From positions 1 through 41,920 of the forward strand of contig JBDKJQ010000063.1 of assembly GCA_039796495.1 (NCBI GenBank): 41,920 bases of DNA. Reading direction: 5' to 3'. Below, piece after piece: positions 17,172-25,542 of the stretch. Within the stretch, counting starts at the first letter, position 1. Every line of letters starts with the position of its first letter. Origin of the DNA: an archaeon (GTDB lineage Archaea > Nanobdellota > Nanobdellia > Pacearchaeales > GW2011-AR1). Made by a program: the position numbers and the translations under genes. A model generated the notes under the pieces. The model did no database searches, was not told the origin of the DNA, and was given only the letters and a program-made list of their open reading frames with translations.

Positions 17172-18656
17172 ATGGGAGAGGTTGATTCAAAATGCGGATT
17201 TTTTATTGCCCACTCCTTGCATGATGTTTATCAGGGACTTGAAGCATTACAGCATCGTGGTGAAGATGCAACCGGCATTTTTGCCTTAACTGACCGAGGC
17301 GAGATCAATGGTGTGCGATGGGTGGGCAAAGTAGGGAATCTTAACAGAACAACCGCAGAAAGAATTTTAGAAGGAGGAATTTTTTATGTAGGAGAAGTGC
17401 GCTATGGCACCTGCGGAGAAAAATCTCCTGAAAAATTACTTGAAGGAGCTTTGCCTCGTCATATTAATGGACGAATCACTGCTGATTATCAACTTCCTTA
17501 TTTTCCTCATAGGATTATCCGAGGAGCAACGCATGCACTTGCGCACAACGGAAATTTAATTGGAGTAAAGCCTCGCGGTAATGATACTGACAGCGATGTT
17601 ATGTTGCGATTTTATGCATTGCAAGAAACGGGAGGTGTTGAAAAAATTATTGAAACATTTCCTGCAGCATATTCGGCCGCTATTTTGGATGCAAGAAAGG
17701 ATTATGTATGTGTTTTTAAGGATAGGTATGCAATCAGGCCGTTATGGATCGGAGAAAAAGACGGCAGATTAGTCGCTTCATCTGAAGACCGCGCAATTAC
17801 TGAAGTGGGAGGAAATCCTCTTCGCGAATTCCGACCCGGGGAAATTATTGATATCCCAAGAAACGGAACTCATTTTAATGGAAGACAGATTCTTTCACGA
17901 GAAAAAAGGCCGTGTTTTTTTGAACGCAATTATTTAGGAGATGTTCTTTCTTCCTATCAGGGCATGCTCAATAGAGATACTCGAAGAAGATTAGGGGTTG
18001 AATTGGCTGAAGAATTTGCACCGGATGTTGATATAGTCAGTTTTATTCCCAATGCACCGAGGGATCATGCGCGGGCTTATAGTGACTTTAGAAAAATTCC
18101 TTTTGCAGAAGTATTCTATAAGATAAAATCTGAACGAGCTTTTTTAGGTCCCGATGAAAAAAGCAGGCTTACGTCTATTGACTACAATCTGTATACGTTT
18201 GACCATATTGATATTAACGGGAAGCAATTACAATTATCCGACGTTAAAAGGCTGCTTTTAATAGACGATTCAATCGTGCGATTAAATAATCTGCCCATTG
18301 CGGTAAAAAAATTACGCGATAAAGGGGTTGGGTGGATTGGCGTTGCTGTTGGAACTCCTGGAATTGGACCGGTAATTAATGGTGTTAATCATGGTTGTTA
18401 TTATGGTGTTGATATCCCTCCTGATGATAATTTTGCTGTTAGAAATTATTCTTCCGTTGAAGAAATGGTTCACGCAGCAGGTGTTGACGCCCTTCATTTT
18501 ATTTCCAAACGAGGATTAGAGAATGCTCTCAGGAGAAAATTGCGAGAGTGCTGCGCTCATTGCATTGGAGAGCCCAACCCTGTTCTTGATGAAGAGTTGA
18601 TCAGACTCGATAGCGTTGTTGATGAAATGTATGGGGCACTTGAAAAGAAAAAATAA
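17172..18656 (+). CDS. amidophosphoribosyltransferase (PurF)-like protein: class II (Ntn) glutamine amidotransferase plus PRTase domain, divergent
   Basis: 494 aa. It has a propeptide then 'CGFFIA', 'LEALQHRGEDATGIF', and a PRTase acidic loop 'LLLIDDSIVRLNN' where the canonical form is DDSIVRGTT. C-terminal Cys cluster 'CCAHC'. Confidence 0.75.
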   Translation: MGEVDSKCGFFIAHSLHDVYQGLEALQHRGEDATGIFALTDRGEINGVRWVGKVGNLNRTTAERILEGGIFYVGEVRYGTCGEKSPEKLLEGALPRHINGRITADYQLPYFPHRIIRGATHALAHNGNLIGVKPRGNDTDSDVMLRFYALQETGGVEKIIETFPAAYSAAILDARKDYVCVFKDRYAIRPLWIGEKDGRLVASSEDRAITEVGGNPLREFRPGEIIDIPRNGTHFNGRQILSREKRPCFFERNYLGDVLSSYQGMLNRDTRRRLGVELAEEFAPDVDIVSFIPNAPRDHARAYSDFRKIPFAEVFYKIKSERAFLGPDEKSRLTSIDYNLYTFDHIDINGKQLQLSDVKRLLLIDDSIVRLNNLPIAVKKLRDKGVGWIGVAVGTPGIGPVINGVNHGCYYGVDIPPDDNFAVRNYSSVEEMVHAAGVDALHFISKRGLENALRRKLRECCAHCIGEPNPVLDEELIRLDSVVDEMYGALEKKK

Positions 18657-18678
18657 ATATTATTTCTATACTACATAC

Positions 18679-18693
18679 TATAAAATAGTCGGT
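18679..18693. repeat. direct repeat copy 1 (tataaaatagtcggt)
   Basis: 15/15 identical to 18798..18812. Minus-strand reading 'GCAPTIL*' mimics the real C-terminus 'GCLLIPTILYYIS*' of the adjacent gene. Confidence 0.8.
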
Positions 18694-18784
18694 GCGCAAC
18701 CTTACATTGTTGCTCCAACAATTTTACAACACATAATAAAAATTGTTAGTTCTAAAAAACATTCTATTTTTTGTCCCGCCCATT

Positions 18785-20023
18785 TTACGATATATAATAT
18801 AAAATAGTCGGTATGAGTAGACAACCCATAAGATGAATTCTTTTGACTCCTTGAGAAATTGTAAAAATACCTAAAGCTGTTGCAGTTACAAAGATTACTA
18901 TTCCAAGGATTGTGCCGCTCCAAGAACTAAAAAAATCAGAAAAAATTATTACCATTGCAGTTACTATGATAAGCACGATTTTAGAAGTTTTCTGATAGCT
19001 TATCCTATTTATATTCTTCGCAATTATTCTTGACAAAAAAAGCGTTATAAAAAAAGATGCAATTCCTGAACAAAGTATTACCGACACCATCATAACCAGT
19101 GTTTTAATTGTTGGTTCTGGAATCAACTGCGAAACAGCAACTGCAGATCCTGTTCTCGTTTTTCCTATCGCATATAAGGTGATAAATGATAATCCCATCA
19201 CGAGAAGGTTTATCGCACCGATAAGAAATAAAAACTCTCTCTGGTCTTTTATCTGAAACGACTGTTGACCGATAATTGCAGCCTGGCTTGCTCCTAACCC
19301 TGGCAGAAATGCCGTGAATGGTGAAGCTATTATTGAAGCAAGACCTACCCTCCACAACGATTCTTTTGACAAGCAGATCATACACGTAGACACTATCTTT
19401 TGTTCAGGTAGAGTTGTATTCTGCTTCAGGCTTATAAGCAAGCCGCTCGCTCCAAATAATCCACTGAGCAACGGGAGCAAAGGTTCTTTAATATTCAGAT
19501 TCAATGTTGCTATCCCTAAAAATCCTGCCAGGAGAAAAACTATCAGTGATGCTATTTTTTTATCTTCAACGAATATTAAATATAGGGATAGCACTATTAA
19601 GATAGGTCCCATTATATTTTGCAGATATGGATAGAGCAAGGGAAGAAAACCAATGAAAAAAGGGATAAACAAAAGCATAACCCCTAGTGCTATCAGTCCT
19701 CCATATGCTGTATACCTGACGGCAAAATATCCCTGCCCCTTTAACAATAGCTGATGACCGGGAAGAATTGATAGAAAAGAATTTTCATCAGGAGCCCCTA
19801 AAAAAATAGAGGGTATAAAATCTACGAATGTGTGCGTGATCGACATTGCAATAATAAAAACCGCAAGAGCGACTGGAGAAACTATCTGCAGTAAGGCTTC
19901 TGAAAACGCAACTATCATCACTGCTACTAAATTGATATGTATGCCTGGAAAAAGGCCGGTGAATATTCCTGTAAGAATTCCAAGCTCCCCCAAGAAAATA
20001 AGGATTATAATTTCAGCCGACAT
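18785..20023 (-). CDS. polytopic membrane protein, TctA/DUF112-like transporter subunit
   Basis: 412 aa, ~10 or more hydrophobic spans. N-terminal 'GLFPGIHINL' and internal 'FLPGLGASQAA' resemble the repeated G-(L/I)-P-G motifs of the DUF112 family. Motif-level only. Confidence 0.55.
   Translation of the reverse strand: MSAEIIILIFLGELGILTGIFTGLFPGIHINLVAVMIVAFSEALLQIVSPVALAVFIIAMSITHTFVDFIPSIFLGAPDENSFLSILPGHQLLLKGQGYFAVRYTAYGGLIALGVMLLFIPFFIGFLPLLYPYLQNIMGPILIVLSLYLIFVEDKKIASLIVFLLAGFLGIATLNLNIKEPLLPLLSGLFGASGLLISLKQNTTLPEQKIVSTCMICLSKESLWRVGLASIIASPFTAFLPGLGASQAAIIGQQSFQIKDQREFLFLIGAINLLVMGLSFITLYAIGKTRTGSAVAVSQLIPEPTIKTLVMMVSVILCSGIASFFITLFLSRIIAKNINRISYQKTSKIVLIIVTAMVIIFSDFFSSWSGTILGIVIFVTATALGIFTISQGVKRIHLMGCLLIPTILYYIS
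18798..18812. repeat. direct repeat copy 2, inside the 3' end of the DUF112/TctA-like gene
   Basis: Identical 15-mer. Both copies are followed, after a variable gap, by 'caacc'. Confidence 0.8.
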
Positions 20024-20082
20024 ATATCTTGAAGGAACAATCCTTTAAAAAAATTTATAAAGTATTCTTTCATTATTTTAAT

Positions 20083-20448
20083 ATGAGAAAGGGTGTGTTC
20101 GCGTTTATTGTTCTACTTTTTGCATTGGCATTTGTTTTTGTGCAAACGACTGATACAGGGACTTCTGTGGAAACGCCGACGGATATTTCTCCGGACATTA
20201 CTGAACCTTTCCCGTCTTCTGATGTTTCTGATACTGAATTGCCTGTTGTTGAGTCTGAGGTTGCTCTTGAGAATGAAGATGTTGCCCAAGTGGAGAACGA
20301 TGCGGAAAGCGATGGGCATACAGAATCGGAAAGTTCTGGTTCTGAAAGCTCGGGTGAAGGTTCAGAAAAAAGTTCTGAAGGAAGCTCAGGAGGCGTCACG
20401 GGTGGCGTTATTTTGGACAACAGGTTTTTGGATTATTATTTTCAGTAA
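20083..20448 (+). CDS. secreted or anchored acidic Ser/Glu-rich low-complexity protein
   Basis: The internal ATG gives 'MRKGVFAFIVLLFALAFVFVQ' (signal/anchor), then D/E/S/T-rich sequence ending 'SSGGVTGGVILDNRFLDYYFQ'. The track start at 20029 would nearly abut the divergent gene's start codon (ATG at 20021-20023), leaving no promoter space. Confidence 0.55.
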   Translation: MRKGVFAFIVLLFALAFVFVQTTDTGTSVETPTDISPDITEPFPSSDVSDTELPVVESEVALENEDVAQVENDAESDGHTESESSGSESSGEGSEKSSEGSSGGVTGGVILDNRFLDYYFQ

Positions 20449-20451
20449 GAT

Positions 20452-20466
20452 AAATATTTAAAAATA
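20452..20466 (+). promoter_or_regulatory. TATA-box-like element
   Basis: 'aaatatttaaaaata' centred ~27 nt upstream of the ATG at 20485. Confidence 0.4.
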
Positions 20467-20484
20467 AATTTCTCTTATTAGAGT

Positions 20485-21561
20485 ATGCCTTTTGATCAGC
20501 GAACACAACAACTTGCCGCTCTTGCGGTTCGTTATTCTGTCAATGTTAAACCTGGAGAAAAAATTGTTATTAACGGTGGAAGTGAGGCAATTGCTTTCAT
20601 GACGTCATTGTATCAAGAGATAATTCTCGCAGGAGGAATTCCTATTGTGCGTGTTAATCTACCCGACGTTACTGATTTTTTTTACAAACACGCCAATGAA
20701 AAACAGCTCTGTGATTTTCCCGATTACTGGTTTGATACTCTTAAGCAGGCGCAGGGCTATATTGGCATTAACAGCAGCACCAACACTCGTGAACTAACGA
20801 ACAGCGATCCGAAAAAAGTTGCAGAGCGGCAGAAATTATTACGAAAAATAAGCGATTATATTGTTAATACGCATGATAAGATAAGAAGAGTTACCATAGC
20901 CTATCCTTGCTTAGCCTTGGCACAAGACGCGGAAATGTCTCTTAGTGAGTATGAAAATTTTGTGTATGGTGCCTGTTTAATCGATTGGAAGCAATTTGGA
21001 AAAAAATTAGATGCGATAAATGCCGTTTTTGAAAAAGGAAGTTTTGTCGAACTACGCGGAGAGAATGTTGATTTGAAGTTTTCGATCAAGGGAAAAAACT
21101 GTGTTGCTGATAAAGGGGAGGAAAATATGCCTGGCGGGGAAGTCTTTATGGCTCCTGTGCGTGAAAGCCTTGAGGGTTGGATTCGATTTGATTATCCTCG
21201 CATTGTTTCTGGAAAACAAATTGCAGGCGTGCAACTGAAATTTGAAAAAGGGAAAATTGTAGATTATTCGGCTGATAAAGGGAAAGAATTTTTAGGGGCT
21301 TTACTGGCTACTGATGAGAACGCGCGCTACGTCGGTGAATTTGGTGTTGGCTGTAATCCTTCTATCGACCGTTACACGAATGATCTGTTGTTTGACGAAA
21401 AAATGGATGGTACCATCCATCTGGCATTAGGGATGGCATACAAGCAAAATGGCGGTGGAAATGATTCTGCAATCCATGTTGATATTGTAAAAAACATGAA
21501 ACAAGGTGCAATCGTTGTCGATGGCAAGGTTGTCCAGGAAAACGGAGTCTGGCGCGTGTAA
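20485..21561 (+). CDS. M29-family (AmpS/PepS-type) aminopeptidase
   Basis: 358 aa. The N-terminal 'LAALAVRYSVNVKPGEKIVI', 'PGGEVFMAP', 'GEFGVGCNP' and 'DGTIHLALG' blocks are typical of the thermophilic metalloaminopeptidase family. Confidence 0.85.
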   Translation: MPFDQRTQQLAALAVRYSVNVKPGEKIVINGGSEAIAFMTSLYQEIILAGGIPIVRVNLPDVTDFFYKHANEKQLCDFPDYWFDTLKQAQGYIGINSSTNTRELTNSDPKKVAERQKLLRKISDYIVNTHDKIRRVTIAYPCLALAQDAEMSLSEYENFVYGACLIDWKQFGKKLDAINAVFEKGSFVELRGENVDLKFSIKGKNCVADKGEENMPGGEVFMAPVRESLEGWIRFDYPRIVSGKQIAGVQLKFEKGKIVDYSADKGKEFLGALLATDENARYVGEFGVGCNPSIDRYTNDLLFDEKMDGTIHLALGMAYKQNGGGNDSAIHVDIVKNMKQGAIVVDGKVVQENGVWRV

Positions 21562-21565
21562 GAAA

Positions 21566-21577
21566 GTTTATATATAA
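21566..21577 (+). promoter_or_regulatory. TATA-box-like element
   Basis: 'gtttatatataa' centred ~24 nt upstream of the ATG at 21596. Confidence 0.4.
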
Positions 21578-21595
21578 TTTCTTTCTTTAATAAAA

Positions 21596-22354
21596 ATGGG
21601 GACTAATTCAGTTATCTATAATTATCTTAAACAATATTCTTCTCTCTACCCTATTGAAGATCTGCATAAGAAGATTATTTCAAAAGGTTATTCTGAAAAA
21701 GAATTTGAAGATGCGCTTGCTCAATTGCGTGAAGAGTCTTCCTCTAGATTGAATACTCCTACTCGTTCTTTATCATCTTCTGAACAACCTCTAAGAAAAA
21801 AAGGAAGCTCACTTATGTTCAAATTAGCCGGCATCGCTGGTATTTTGACTTTATTGCTTATAGTTTTTTCCTTTTTTACCGAGGGAATAGTTACCCCCCT
21901 ATCTATCTTGTTATCCTTGCTTTTTTCTGTCTTGTTCTTTTTAGGTTTTATCTACCTGGGAAGAAGATACGACCGACTTCTCATACAATTTGCAAGCTGG
22001 TTTTTTATCATCGTCAGTTTAGCTTTATTTTTGTTGTATATTACTTTGCAATTCCGTGCTGACCTGATTACACTTCCTTCTTTTGATGCAACCTCTTTTG
22101 TTGCAAATCCCACCGAAGCGTTTCAATCTTTGGGGATTACGATGGTGAGCGCAGTTATTGGTACTCTTGTTTTAGTTATTGCATTTGGTATTTTATTGGG
22201 AGTTGGATTTTTGCGATTGCACGATGCCGTTCCTCTTGCGAGAACAGTCGGCATTATCACTATCATTGGATTTTGCACGATGGTATTTATTGTCGGCTTG
22301 TTTTTTCTTTTTATCGCCTTCCTTTTGCAAATCGTCTTATTGCTAAAAGAATAA
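21596..22354 (+). CDS. polytopic membrane protein with soluble UBA-like N-terminal module
   Basis: 252 aa. N-terminal 'IISKGYSEKEFEDALAQL', a Ser-rich linker, then ~6 hydrophobic spans. Confidence 0.6.
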   Translation: MGTNSVIYNYLKQYSSLYPIEDLHKKIISKGYSEKEFEDALAQLREESSSRLNTPTRSLSSSEQPLRKKGSSLMFKLAGIAGILTLLLIVFSFFTEGIVTPLSILLSLLFSVLFFLGFIYLGRRYDRLLIQFASWFFIIVSLALFLLYITLQFRADLITLPSFDATSFVANPTEAFQSLGITMVSAVIGTLVLVIAFGILLGVGFLRLHDAVPLARTVGIITIIGFCTMVFIVGLFFLFIAFLLQIVLLLKE

Positions 22355-22362
22355 AAATACGT

Positions 22363-22716
22363 TTACTTTAGTAAGACTATTTTTTCTGCTTCGATCTGTA
22401 ACGTATCTTTGTAGTGTGAAATTGTTCCGATAACTATTATTTGCTTCTGTTCGCTCAACGTTTTCTGGAGATTCTGCCCGTTACTTATAATCACTGCAAT
22501 TTTTTTTGTATTGTCATCTAGGGTAATAATCTGAAACTCTTCCTCTTCATAGAACTTTATTCCTGTTACCTGCCCCCACACCTTTACTTTTTTATTGAGA
22601 TCTTTTTCATTAATCTCTGCAATTGAAACCTGTCTTGGCTCTCTGATGTTCATAATGATGAGCAGAAGAAAAATTCCTGATAATGAAATTATTAAAGATA
22701 TTTTAACCGCGTTCAT
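22363..22716 (-). CDS. membrane-anchored OB-fold protein
   Basis: 117 aa. N-terminal TM 'ISLIISLSGIFLLLIIM', then 'KKVKVWGQVTGIKFYEEEEFQIITLDDNTKKIAVII...IIVIGTISHYKDTLQIEAEKI', an OB-barrel (tRNA_anti-like) pattern. Confidence 0.55.
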   Translation of the reverse strand: MNAVKISLIISLSGIFLLLIIMNIREPRQVSIAEINEKDLNKKVKVWGQVTGIKFYEEEEFQIITLDDNTKKIAVIISNGQNLQKTLSEQKQIIVIGTISHYKDTLQIEAEKIVLLK

Positions 22717-22765
22717 GATGCCTCTATGTAGAAACCTTTATTAAATTATTTTTTCTGTGATATGT

Positions 22766-23794
22766 ATGGGATTGTCGACTGAAGAGCGATTTGCACTGAT
22801 CAAACAGAACACTGAAGAAATCATTGGCGAGGAAGAATTGAAGAAATTATTGAAAGGAGGGAAAAAAATTTCAGTATACATTGGCACGGCGATAACGGGT
22901 AAGCCGCATATTGGTTATTTTTTGTGGATATTGAAATTGGCAGATTTTTTAAAAGCCGGCTTGCATGTTAAGATTTTGCTCGCCGATGTTCATGGCGCGT
23001 TGGATAACACTCCCTGGAATATACTTGCATATCGTTATCAGTATTATGATGAGTCGATCAGACAGATGTTAAAAGCTGCTGGCGCTGATATAAAGAAGCT
23101 TGAAGTTGTGAAAGGAAGCAGTTATCAGCTACAGAAAAATTATATTTCTGACTTGCTTAAGCTGGCGACTTTTGTTTCAGTTCACGATGCAAAAAAAGCA
23201 GCCTCGGATGTTGTTAAAAATGTTGAAGGTGAGCAGGCAAAACTTTCTGGATTGCTCTATCCGTTAATGCAGGCGCTTGATGAGGAATATCTGGAAGTTG
23301 ATATGCAATATGGAGGGATTGACCAGAGGAAAATTTTTGTTTTTGCACGAGAGAATCTTCCAAAAATAGGCTATAAATCCCGTGTTGAGATTATGACTCC
23401 TTTGATACCTTCCTTGGTTGAGAGTGGAAAAATGTCTGCCAGTAATGAGGCTTCAAAAATAGATTTGCTGGACAGCGATGATGAAATCAAGAATAAAATC
23501 AATCGGGCGTACTGCATGGAGGGAGACCCGCACAATGGCGTTATGGCTTTTTTGAAATTTGTGATTATGAATATTTTAGAAAATAAAAAAAATAAATTTG
23601 TGGTGAAAAGAGATAAAAAATTTGGCGGCGATGTTAGTTATAAAAGTTATATTGAAATTGAAAAAGATTTCGTATCAAAAAAATTACATCCGATGGATTT
23701 GAAACAGGCGGTTAGCGAGGAAATAATCACCTTATTGAAAAAGATCGACAAGAAAAAATTGGAGAAGTTGGCGGAGAAGGCGTATGAGGAATGA
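22766..23794 (+). CDS. tyrS: tyrosyl-tRNA synthetase, archaeal type
   Basis: HIGH motif 'GKPHIGY', KMSKS variant 'GKMSAS', 'YPLMQALDEEYL..D.QYGGIDQRK'. The first ATG is at 22766; the track uses a GTG at 22757. Confidence 0.92.
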   Translation: MGLSTEERFALIKQNTEEIIGEEELKKLLKGGKKISVYIGTAITGKPHIGYFLWILKLADFLKAGLHVKILLADVHGALDNTPWNILAYRYQYYDESIRQMLKAAGADIKKLEVVKGSSYQLQKNYISDLLKLATFVSVHDAKKAASDVVKNVEGEQAKLSGLLYPLMQALDEEYLEVDMQYGGIDQRKIFVFARENLPKIGYKSRVEIMTPLIPSLVESGKMSASNEASKIDLLDSDDEIKNKINRAYCMEGDPHNGVMAFLKFVIMNILENKKNKFVVKRDKKFGGDVSYKSYIEIEKDFVSKKLHPMDLKQAVSEEIITLLKKIDKKKLEKLAEKAYEE

Positions 23795-24709
23795 TCACTC
23801 GGTAAAAAACTCGACGACATCTTTATCTTTGACGTGATGTTTTAAGCCGATTTGCTGGCCGGGAAATTTGCTTGAGGGCCCCCAGATTTTAGCATACTTA
23901 ACTTTTTTGGAATAGCCGTGAAGAATTTTTTCAGCGACATCTTCCAGTGTCGCATTTGGCTGCAGAATGACTGGAAGATTATCTTTTGTTTTTTCCTTGC
24001 CCGGATGTTTTGTGTATACTCGCAGCACGTCGAAAGAATTGAGAATCTTTTCTTTCAATAAATCCAATCCCTCTTTTGTTGCTGCAGATACAAGCACGAA
24101 ATTATAGCGTTTTGATTTGAGCGTTTCCATTATTTTTCTTTTTGTTTCTTCATCAAATAAATCTATCTTGTTAAAGACAATGATTCTTCGTTGGTTTTCT
24201 TTTTTCGGCAAGAGATCGAGAATTGTTTTTATTTCCTGCATTTTCTCAACGATTATTAATAGCGTGTCTGCATTGTTGACAATCCCCCTGTCAAAATGTT
24301 CTGATGCGATGGGTGGCAGATCAATGATCTGGATGTTGCATCCCTGATAGCTGCAAATTCCAATTTCTGGCTCCTGAGTTGTAAACCCGTAGCTTGCAAT
24401 TTTTGGATGAGCGTTTGTTAATATTTTTAATAAAGAAGATTTTCCCGCATTTGTCAGTCCGACCAGTACTGCCTGCATATCTTCTTTTTTTATTCCTTTT
24501 TTCCCTTTTTTCGCCTTTGATTTCTTTTCAAACTGCTGCTTTAATTTTTTATAACGCGTCCTTAAATTTGCACGCAGCGTCTCTGCGCCCTTGTGTGTCG
24601 GCATTGTTTTTAACATCTTTTCCAAGGCAAGAATTCTGTCTTCGTCTGTCTGCGCTTTTTGATATTCTAATTCTGCCTGCACATACTCGTAATTTGCGTT
24701 GATTGGCAT
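23795..24709 (-). CDS. DRG-family (Obg-like) GTPase with C-terminal TGS domain, short and divergent
   Basis: 304 aa. G1 'GLTNAGKSS', G4 'NKID', TGS 'LRVYTKHPGK...PVILQPNATLEDVAEKILH...AKIWG.S.KFPGQQIGLKHHVKDKDVVEF'. G3 reads 'DLPP' instead of DLPG. Confidence 0.85.
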   Translation of the reverse strand: MPINANYEYVQAELEYQKAQTDEDRILALEKMLKTMPTHKGAETLRANLRTRYKKLKQQFEKKSKAKKGKKGIKKEDMQAVLVGLTNAGKSSLLKILTNAHPKIASYGFTTQEPEIGICSYQGCNIQIIDLPPIASEHFDRGIVNNADTLLIIVEKMQEIKTILDLLPKKENQRRIIVFNKIDLFDEETKRKIMETLKSKRYNFVLVSAATKEGLDLLKEKILNSFDVLRVYTKHPGKEKTKDNLPVILQPNATLEDVAEKILHGYSKKVKYAKIWGPSSKFPGQQIGLKHHVKDKDVVEFFTE

Positions 24710-24758
24710 AGGTTTTGAGTAAGGATAATTATAAAAATCTTGTTTTTATTTCATTTTC

Positions 24759-25016
24759 ATGGAAGAATACACTTTTGGAGTATATCATCGACCTAGAAGC
24801 CAGGTTATTCATAGGGTTAGAATTGATTGGGGGTTAGGTAGGATTTTGCTATCATGCCAGTACGAGTTGATTGATTTTTCCAGTAAACACGTTTATGAAA
24901 ATCTTAGATTCAACGAGCGATCTCTCAGAAAATTTAAATCGATAGATAAGGGTGTCTATGCACTTTGTTTTCATTGTATGGATCGACAACCTTCTTGGGA
25001 GCGAGCTCATGAATAA
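24759..25016 (+). CDS. questionable hypothetical ORF
   Basis: 85-aa ORF in the divergent region between the DRG and mpg genes. Its Arg-rich composition is atypical for this Lys-rich proteome, there is no motif, and it overlaps the mpg start region. Confidence 0.25.
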   Translation: MEEYTFGVYHRPRSQVIHRVRIDWGLGRILLSCQYELIDFSSKHVYENLRFNERSLRKFKSIDKGVYALCFHCMDRQPSWERAHE

Positions 25017-25542
25017 TTTATCTCTAAACCATTTATTTAATCAGCCTGCAGACATTGTGGCGCAAGAACTTTTGGGTAGTGTTATTGTCCGAAAGATAAA
25101 CGGAAAAGAAAGAAGGGCTGTTATCGTCGAGACTGAGGCTTATTTTGATGAGACTGATCCTGCTTCGCGTGCCTGTTTTAATGGTGATTTGCGTGCGACC
25201 ATGTGTATGGGGGCGGGGACACTCTTAGTGTATGGTGTGCATAATAACTGGTTGGTGAATATTGTAACTGGAGAAAAAGGCAGGGCTGAGGCAGTCTTAA
25301 TTCGGGCTGTTGAGCCATTGAATTTTAATGAGCGTTGCAATGGTCCAGGTTTACTTACTCGCGCTTTGAATATTGGAAAAAGATTTCATAAGCAGATCAT
25401 CTTCGGAAACGAAGAATTATCTCTCGTACGTTTTCCTCAGAGAACATTTGAGATAACTAAGAGTTTTCGCATTGGAGTTCGTCGCGATTTACCAAAGAAA
25501 TTGCGTTTTTACATTAAAGGGAATAGATGGGTGAGCAGATGA
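24958..25542 (+). CDS. mpg: 3-methyladenine (alkylpurine) DNA glycosylase, Mpg/AAG family
   Basis: 'DIVAQELLGSVIV', 'AVIVETEAYFDETDPASRA', 'LLVYGVHNNWLVNIV', 'AVLIRAVEP', 'GPGLLTRAL'. The ATG at 24958 sits ~24 nt downstream of the centre of the 'aaatttaaatc' box (24930-24940). An alternative start at 25009 (MNNLSLNHLF) is equally possible. Confidence 0.85.
   Translation: MHFVFIVWIDNLLGSELMNNLSLNHLFNQPADIVAQELLGSVIVRKINGKERRAVIVETEAYFDETDPASRACFNGDLRATMCMGAGTLLVYGVHNNWLVNIVTGEKGRAEAVLIRAVEPLNFNERCNGPGLLTRALNIGKRFHKQIIFGNEELSLVRFPQRTFEITKSFRIGVRRDLPKKLRFYIKGNRWVSR

Noticed and set aside
20029-20461. Four mutually overlapping ORFs on both strands
   Set aside because: An artefact of a stop-poor GA/GT-rich low-complexity region. 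Only the frame with a signal peptide (20083..20448) is plausible.
24759-25016. Considered whether this relatively G+C-richer 260-nt stretch is an RNA gene (SRP RNA / RNase P RNA) rather than the 85-aa ORF
   Set aside because: I could not find the conserved SRP helix-8 or RNase P CR-I ('GGAAAGUCC')-type motifs or convincing long-range pairing. Left as a low-confidence ORF.
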